NCBI GenBank assembly: GCA_016933055.1
Contig: JAFGBS010000008.1
Span: 90,001 to 122,000 of the forward strand
Length of the DNA: 32,000 nt
Source of the DNA: Promethearchaeota archaeon
GTDB lineage: Archaea; Asgardarchaeota; Lokiarchaeia; Sigyniarchaeales; Promethearchaeaceae
Reading direction: 5' to 3'
Of this stretch, positions 26,463-32,000 are shown piece after piece. Position numbers and translations under genes: made by a program. The notes below the pieces were generated by a model. That model saw nothing but the letters and a program-made list of their open reading frames with translations, did not search any database and was not told the DNA's origin. The stretch's first letter is position 1; every line of letters begins with the position of its first letter.

Positions 26463-26708
26463 TTAGTTTATAAAAGTACGCAATGTGGAAACTAGACGTT
26501 CTGGGGTTATTTTCATATAGTTTTCTCCATTAATAGAAACTACAGGGGATAGCGCACCATCATCACAACACTGTAAACAATTAACGGGAATAAAATCGAA
26601 TTGATCTCCTTGAAATAATGGATTAGATTCAATGAGATCCAGTAATTCTTGACCTCCCTTTAAACTACAATGTAATCCACAGCATACTTCCACAGATACT
26701 TTTCGCAT
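26463..26708 (-). CDS. Thioredoxin-like [2Fe-2S] ferredoxin (NuoE/HydC-like), 81 aa
   Basis: VEVCCGLHCSLKGG (Cx4C) and NCLQCC (Cx3C), then PVVSING. It lies directly upstream of the hydrogenase on the same strand. Confidence 0.85.
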   Translation of the reverse strand: MRKVSVEVCCGLHCSLKGGQELLDLIESNPLFQGDQFDFIPVNCLQCCDDGALSPVVSINGENYMKITPERLVSTLRTFIN

Positions 26709-26732
26709 ACCATTTAATGCACATGAAGATAT

Positions 26733-26738
26733 TTTAAA
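26733..26738 (-). promoter_or_regulatory. Archaeal TATA box (TTTAAA) for the ferredoxin-hydrogenase unit
   Basis: 24 nt upstream of the ATG at 26708. Confidence 0.55.
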
Positions 26739-26753
26739 TCAATCTGATATTCT

Positions 26754-28304
26754 TTAGTGAAAATTCATAAGAACATCGACTGCATAAGAACCTAAAAACG
26801 TAATATAATCGAACGAAGATAGTAATATACGGAATTTTGGATACTCCCAACCCACTTTGGATGCATTCATTACAGATTGAAGCCCTTGTATTCCAAAATG
26901 GGTAAAAAATCCTTGGAATTCGAAAAGTTCGATTGTGTCAATACCAGTATATTTAACTAGCGCTAAATCATGCAAAATTTTGTCCGTTGTATCGTAAGTA
27001 GGGAATGATCCAGTACATCCAATCGCCACTGCCCCATTTTCTGGATAATATTTGTTTACTATTCTAGATTGCATAAACACATATCCTTGCGTATTTGGAT
27101 TCACATGATACTCGCAATGTCTATAGAGCATGTAACTGGCTCGATCCCAGTAATCCGTTTCCGGCGGGTAATTTATTATACCAAACATCTGTTGTATATC
27201 AGGATCTCCGTCCATATCTCGTAAAGTCATGTCCATGCCAACCAGTCCTATCTCATATCCAAACGTGGATCGCCAATCATTCATAATTGATACATATGCA
27301 TCCACGGTTTCTGTCCAATTTTTCTCCGTTTCCAGTTTATGACCTAGTAAATTATACATAGATGAGAAAGGGGATCTTGGGGTCTCTTCACTTACTGTTT
27401 GATCAAATTCAAAATCCATAATTATACCTGTTATATTAAGTGCAAAATTTGCTACCCATGAATCGAATATGCTTTTAAAAACCGGTAAATAACTAATGTC
27501 TTCCCATGAGGGATACATTCCATTTTCCTCATAGTAAAACCAGATATAGACATCTATTCCACTACTTGTGCAATTTTGTATTATTTTAGCAGTTCTGAAA
27601 GACTTATTAGAATCCATTAGAGTATTTTCGGATACATGCATGATAATTTGAGCAGGTATAACACCAAGATTTGAAGATCCGTTAAGCACACCTAAAATCG
27701 AATTATTTGTGAGATAATCGTAACTCACTTCGGAAGCATAAAATGAGAGTTTTAACGTTTCATTCATGTAGGGATCGGAATTAATATCAATAGTTTTATA
27801 ATATATGCCCAATCCGTTTGTTGGTAAGATAATTACCGATTGGAGAATCACGAAAGTAATGATTAAGGCATAAAAATAATTTTGTTTCCCCCGAATCTGG
27901 AGTCTGGTTTGAATTCCTTTTCGTTTACACTGCAAAATTTCGACTATGACACAACCAAACCGTGCAACATTTGATAATAATAAGAATAAATAAAGAAAGA
28001 ACCCCAAAGATAATTTCACGCTCAAAAATAGACTGAATATACTCAAAATACAGGCATTTACCAGAATTGTGATAATGGAATACATTAATTGGATTGTAAA
28101 TGCTTTTTTTTGTATGAACCATATTCTAGTGAATATTATTAATATAAAATTCATAGAAAATACGAAAAGAAACGAAATATAATACAAAAAAATCCCAAAA
28201 TTCATCAAATTCAAGAACAATACTGAAAAGAAATATGCATAGAAACCAAAATTCAAAACTGTATCTATTTCCACAAAGATTTTAGTGTATTTAGAAATCT
28301 TCAC
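26754..28304 (-). CDS. Membrane protein with about five N-terminal TM helices and a C-terminal soluble domain, possibly a TIM-barrel glycoside hydrolase
   Basis: Hydrophobic N-terminal about 165 aa. The soluble part alternates short beta-like segments and helices and includes ITGIIMDFE and YMLYR. Coding call is firm, function is inferred. Confidence 0.6.
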   Translation of the reverse strand: MKISKYTKIFVEIDTVLNFGFYAYFFSVLFLNLMNFGIFLYYISFLFVFSMNFILIIFTRIWFIQKKAFTIQLMYSIITILVNACILSIFSLFLSVKLSLGFFLYLFLLLSNVARFGCVIVEILQCKRKGIQTRLQIRGKQNYFYALIITFVILQSVIILPTNGLGIYYKTIDINSDPYMNETLKLSFYASEVSYDYLTNNSILGVLNGSSNLGVIPAQIIMHVSENTLMDSNKSFRTAKIIQNCTSSGIDVYIWFYYEENGMYPSWEDISYLPVFKSIFDSWVANFALNITGIIMDFEFDQTVSEETPRSPFSSMYNLLGHKLETEKNWTETVDAYVSIMNDWRSTFGYEIGLVGMDMTLRDMDGDPDIQQMFGIINYPPETDYWDRASYMLYRHCEYHVNPNTQGYVFMQSRIVNKYYPENGAVAIGCTGSFPTYDTTDKILHDLALVKYTGIDTIELFEFQGFFTHFGIQGLQSVMNASKVGWEYPKFRILLSSFDYITFLGSYAVDVLMNFH

Positions 28305-28390
28305 AATTTATCCAACTTTCTATTCTTTTAATATTATTAGGATAGTACGGATAAATATAAGACTGGTTGCAACACGTTTTATTGATAAAT

Positions 28391-29410
28391 ATGGAGGAAA
28401 AACAAGACCACATCGAAGTGGGAGCATTTTTTGATGCTCTCGAGAAAGAGTTAGAAATTGACGACCAATCGTCTAAGCATTCCCTAGTCGAACGAAAACC
28501 TCTAATACCCAAAAAACAGATGCAGCATCACCCATCCTTTCCCTATCAAGAAACGAATTCCATAAAAATCCAGCGAAAAACTCCTCTAGACTATATGATC
28601 CGCAAAAATCAAGAAGTAAAATCATCCCAAACACATAAACTTCCCACCTATAATGATTATCAGAACCAAATTTCTAATAGAAATCGTTTGGATCCTATAT
28701 CTAAAACGACAGCTTATCCGAATTATTCAGAAAACTCCGGAGTTCCACAATTAAATGAACCCCCAAATTCCATTCCTCCGAGAAATTTTCAGCAGGAGTC
28801 TACACTTTCATCCAATTCTTCCCTCTATAATAGATATTACGTTACAGATAGACCCAAAATTTCTCATCCTCCTGAGCAAACTCCTGATAACTCGTATTTA
28901 CGAACTCAAATGCTAAAAGAATTGCGAACTCAACAAAATAGACAACCCATCGAGATTTCACGCAGTAGACTGCAACCCCCCACTGTCCCTCTATCCCCCC
29001 ACTCCACAAGCAGTTCAGTCTGTTCTCCGCAAAAATCTCCACCTATGATCGATATGGATTCATACTACATTGAAGAAGAATCCAACATAAAACAACAATA
29101 CATCAATGAAGTCGATTTAATTCGCTGTTTACGAGAAATTCGGGACAAAGCAAAAATCGATGTGATATTGGAATTATTAGATGGTCAATGGCATGATGAA
29201 AATGAATTACTACGAGTCGCCAAAAAAACGCGTGACTTTATTGGTGTAGTTGGGTTTGGAATGTTAATGTATTCATTTGAAGACAGTGTATCAAAATCAT
29301 TTTTAATTAAGAAAGTCAATCCCGGCAATTCCTCTTGGTTTAAAATAAACGATAATTATATACAACTGGCTCGTTCTGCTTATTCACAATACAAGAAAAC
29401 CGAAAATTAA
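28391..29410 (+). CDS. Hypothetical protein: long P/Q/S-rich disordered region with a C-terminal winged-helix-like domain
   Basis: Long ORF. About the first 235 aa are low complexity. The last about 95 aa look ordered (KIDVILELLDGQWHDENELL...FLIKK...WFKIN). ATG 28391 is preferred over TTG 28367. Confidence 0.65.
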   Translation: MEEKQDHIEVGAFFDALEKELEIDDQSSKHSLVERKPLIPKKQMQHHPSFPYQETNSIKIQRKTPLDYMIRKNQEVKSSQTHKLPTYNDYQNQISNRNRLDPISKTTAYPNYSENSGVPQLNEPPNSIPPRNFQQESTLSSNSSLYNRYYVTDRPKISHPPEQTPDNSYLRTQMLKELRTQQNRQPIEISRSRLQPPTVPLSPHSTSSSVCSPQKSPPMIDMDSYYIEEESNIKQQYINEVDLIRCLREIRDKAKIDVILELLDGQWHDENELLRVAKKTRDFIGVVGFGMLMYSFEDSVSKSFLIKKVNPGNSSWFKINDNYIQLARSAYSQYKKTEN

Positions 29411-29420
29411 TTTTATTTAT

Positions 29421-29897
29421 TCATTCATTTTTATAATCGGTAATTAACATGGCAGATAAAAAATAGATTGCTATAATTAAGAATATTCCATAGTAACCAA
29501 AACCTAATATAAACAAACCAAAATTTAGGAAAAAAATTATAGAGAAGTAAACAAAAATACTGATTGCAGAAAAACCTCCAATGAGTAGAATTTTTTTGAT
29601 GGTTGCGGGGTTTGAGTTATAGGAAGTTCCAAATATACCACAAATACTGATAAATAAAAACAATACCCATAGAATGAATGGAACTATATTATCAAGACAG
29701 ATCTGGTCAAATCCGTGCCAAATTCCATTAGTATCAACAATACCCCATACATAGAAAAGCGTACCTTCTGATTCCATAACAAAAAGTGGTAAAGAATAAG
29801 AGCTACTCAAAGGAATACTTGCCATGAAAGTAAACAATAAACCTAGTAATCCTCCGATTAATGGTAAAATTCGGAAATATCTTCTTTTTTCCGTCAT
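29421..29897 (-). CDS. Unknown four-TM membrane protein (YVWGIVD type)
   Basis: Four hydrophobic segments. An AGGTGA SD at 29906-29911 suggests it is co-transcribed with the upstream paralog. Confidence 0.75.
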   Translation of the reverse strand: MTEKRRYFRILPLIGGLLGLLFTFMASIPLSSSYSLPLFVMESEGTLFYVWGIVDTNGIWHGFDQICLDNIVPFILWVLFLFISICGIFGTSYNSNPATIKKILLIGGFSAISIFVYFSIIFFLNFGLFILGFGYYGIFLIIAIYFLSAMLITDYKNE

Positions 29898-29912
29898 ATA
29901 TTATCTCACCTA

Positions 29913-30416
29913 TTATGTTACCATATTATGGATTCTCACTGCAATTACTTGAAGAAGAATAATGATGACTAGTAGATATATGCCAATTCCGATTCCAATA
30001 AATATTTGCGAGAAAGAAATAGTGATCCCCAGAGTCCCAATAGCTAAAATGTCTACCGTAATAAATAAAAAACAGACTATTTCCATAATCAAGGAGATGC
30101 CGAGTAATTTCCTTCCCCCAACTCCTTGAATCCAACTTCCAATAAAAGTTAAAATGCATCCAACTATCAACAACAGTTCTAATATGAATCCAGAAATTCC
30201 CGCAACTCCCAATGTTAACCACCAATTACCGCTTGATAATGCAATATCAACCACTCCCCATGCATATACGGCGATCGATCCGTTGTGAGCAAAAGCCAAG
30301 GGAATTCCTGTAAAACTAGTAATTCCCACTGCAAAATAAATGCCAACTGGTATTACAGCAAAAAAATTCAATATAATTAGTAATATACCGTTTAAAATCC
30401 CGATTTTATTTGCCAT
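29913..30416 (-). CDS. Unknown four-TM membrane protein (YAWGVVD type)
   Basis: ATG 30416 (MANKIG...) is preferred over the track start at 30464. Four hydrophobic segments. Shares Y-x-W-G-x-V-D with the downstream gene. Confidence 0.75.
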   Translation of the reverse strand: MANKIGILNGILLIILNFFAVIPVGIYFAVGITSFTGIPLAFAHNGSIAVYAWGVVDIALSSGNWWLTLGVAGISGFILELLLIVGCILTFIGSWIQGVGGRKLLGISLIMEIVCFLFITVDILAIGTLGITISFSQIFIGIGIGIYLLVIIILLQVIAVRIHNMVT

Positions 30417-30548
30417 AACTTTTCTCCAATAGGTTATGAAAACAGACAAATAAAAGAAAACCAAATAGTCCCTATTAAGATTACGTTGTTCTTCTTAATC
30501 TAAGTAGATAATATTAAAAAATAATTACTTGATTAGTTCTTGAGATAA

Positions 30549-30683
30549 ATGAAAAGAAATAACAATGATAATAAAACTGAAAAAGATGAAAATGATGAAT
30601 TGATGTTCAAAACCGCGAAAAAGAATGAGGAATCTCGTAAATGCGGGGTCTATCGACAAAAGAAAGCATTTTCAGATGAATGA
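30549..30683 (+). CDS. Possible small charged protein (44 aa)
   Basis: ATG..TGA frame MKRNNNDNKTEKDENDELMFKTAKKNEESRKCGVYRQKKAFSDE. It fills the gap between two genes and has TATTAAAA at 30512-30519. Confidence 0.4.
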   Translation: MKRNNNDNKTEKDENDELMFKTAKKNEESRKCGVYRQKKAFSDE

Positions 30684-30693
30684 ATCTAATTTT

Positions 30694-31371
30694 TTACTTC
30701 TCAAATTTTGGTACAGAATAATGCTGCTCGCTTGTTATTCCTTTTAAGAAAGAAATGTTACCAAAATCAATCAGTTGTCCAATTAATTTCCCATTTTCGA
30801 TTATTATCTTCACAGTTGCTATACCACAATTATACCACCGGTTCTTATAAAAAAAACTTCTATCTACGTTTGTTAGTATTTCTGCTAAACCCGTGATGAA
30901 TATTCCTCCGTGTCCTAATAATACTGCGGGCTCATCTGAACTTTCTTTGACCACTTGTTTAACCGCTGTATTAAAACGATCAACTAATTCATACATATTT
31001 TCTCCCCCAGGATATCTTCGTTCAGGAGTTCCTGAGTACCAAGAATGTGCAATGTCGAAATATAACTTCCATGCGTCATCTAGTTTTGAAGGAGGTGTTT
31101 TTTCAAGATCTCCGACATTTACCTCTCGAATTTCTTCAACAATCCGCACGGGAATTTTTCTTTTTTTCGAAATAAATTCTGAAGTCTCTAATGCCCTTTT
31201 CATCGGAGATGAAAAAAGAAAGCTAAAATCCACTTTATCTAAGTAATCTGCAAGTTGTGAAGCTTGTTTTATACCCTTCTCAGTCAAACTTTTATCCACT
31301 AATTTGTAAGAAAACTCTCGGGATACATTAACTATGCTTTCAGCATGACGAATAAAATATACAATTCCCAT
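30694..31371 (-). CDS. Histidine phosphatase family protein (phosphoglycerate mutase-like)
   Basis: YFIRHAES, LTEKGIKQA, SSPMKRALET, EVNVG, PGGEN and LLGHGG. Confidence 0.9.
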   Translation of the reverse strand: MGIVYFIRHAESIVNVSREFSYKLVDKSLTEKGIKQASQLADYLDKVDFSFLFSSPMKRALETSEFISKKRKIPVRIVEEIREVNVGDLEKTPPSKLDDAWKLYFDIAHSWYSGTPERRYPGGENMYELVDRFNTAVKQVVKESSDEPAVLLGHGGIFITGLAEILTNVDRSFFYKNRWYNCGIATVKIIIENGKLIGQLIDFGNISFLKGITSEQHYSVPKFEK

Positions 31372-31401
31372 GATTCAATGAGGATTGAATGACAAATAAG
31401 G

Positions 31402-31409
31402 TTATATAA
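31402..31409. promoter_or_regulatory. Palindromic TATA element TTATATAA between two divergent phosphatase genes
   Basis: 30 nt from ATG 31371 (minus strand) and 23 nt from ATG 31433 (plus strand). Confidence 0.5.
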
Positions 31410-31432
31410 TACCACCACAAAGAGAGAATATC

Positions 31433-32000
31433 ATGACTGAACAAAACCATCAAAATCGTATAGAACCATACCATAAATATTCATACCCTGAATATTTAAA
31501 GATCTTAATAGTGCTCGCTTTTTTGACGACAGCCGGCATATTTTTATTGATGTTTGGGTTAAATGAGGCATTCTTCATTCCCGAACCGGTTGCTGTATTC
31601 AAGATATTCAAAATTATCACATTCTTGGGTGATGAACTTTTTTTCATCATTGCTTTTAGCTTTATTTATTTTGCTTTTGACAAGCGGTACTCACGAAGGT
31701 TAATAATACCATTTTTACTCAGTACTCATCTCAATACCGTACTAAAAGTATTTTTTAAGGATCCTCGTCCTCCCGCAAATGAATATTTTGGTGAACCAAT
31801 TGGTACAGGATACGGACTTCCCAGCGGTCACACCCAGAGTTCTGTGGGCTTCTATGGCTTCACATTTCATCAGTTTAAAGGACACGAGAAAAAGAGTGGG
31901 ATAGTTGTCCGGATTATCAGTTTTCTTTTATTAATCTTGGTTCCCGTTTCTAGACTTATTATAGGTGCTCATGATGTCCAAGATGTTCTTTTCGGTTATT
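31433..32000 (+). CDS. PAP2-family membrane phosphatase, 3'-truncated by window edge
   Basis: Not in the ORF track. My translation (MTEQNHQNRIE...) contains all three PAP2 motifs: KVFFKDPRP, PSGH and SRLIIGAHDVQD, with several TM segments. Confidence 0.9.
   Translation, partial: MTEQNHQNRIEPYHKYSYPEYLKILIVLAFLTTAGIFLLMFGLNEAFFIPEPVAVFKIFKIITFLGDELFFIIAFSFIYFAFDKRYSRRLIIPFLLSTHLNTVLKVFFKDPRPPANEYFGEPIGTGYGLPSGHTQSSVGFYGFTFHQFKGHEKKSGIVVRIISFLLLILVPVSRLIIGAHDVQDVLFGY

Noticed and set aside
395-31650. Many short ORFs in the track that overlap long genes (for example 1567-1815, 4672-4992, 17879-18160, 17883-18266, 18613-19026, 25356-25739, 30893-31246, 31450-31650)
   Set aside because: They lie antisense or out of frame inside well-supported genes and carry no recognisable motifs. 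They are treated as shadow ORFs.
1-32000. tRNA, rRNA, CRISPR array, transposase or prophage genes
   Set aside because: All gaps are short and AT-rich. I saw no cloverleaf-like GC stems, regular direct repeats, terminal inverted repeats or mobile-element proteins.

Overview
AT-rich, densely packed prokaryotic window with 27 protein-coding genes, two of them cut by the window edges, plus one possible small ORF. I see no rRNA, tRNA, CRISPR array or mobile element. Many genes have a TTTATA/TTTAAA/TATAAA box about 23-29 nt before the start codon, and a few have GGTGA/GAGG ribosome-binding sites, so transcription signals look archaeal. The gene mix (expanded families of unnamed membrane proteins, a long TPR protein, fermentative enzymes) suggests an anaerobic heterotrophic archaeon, possibly Asgard/Lokiarchaeia-like. 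That assignment is inference only, since the window has no marker gene. Recognisable genes: uronate isomerase (uxaC, 5'-partial), a 1389-aa fused double-ASKHA activase/2-hydroxyacyl-CoA-dehydratase-like protein, three DUF1624/HGSNAT-like membrane acyltransferases, a DUF1801 protein, a MalY/PatB PLP enzyme, bacterial-type class I aldolase (fbaB), a membrane-anchored double-wHTH regulator, an orphan beta-class DNA methyltransferase, TPR and U32 proteins, a tail-anchored DUF2961/GH172 protein, a MoxR-VWA-VOC operon, a C_GCAxxG_C_C protein plus class I photolyase operon, a histidine phosphatase and a PAP2 phosphatase (3'-partial). The strongest signal is an intact group-B-type [FeFe]-hydrogenase with a thioredoxin-like [2Fe-2S] partner gene under archaeal promoters, lying tail-to-tail with a photolyase. 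Other leads are five unnamed four-TM proteins in two clusters, a membrane-anchored TIM-barrel hydrolase candidate, a disordered protein ending in a winged helix, and several palindromes over promoters.
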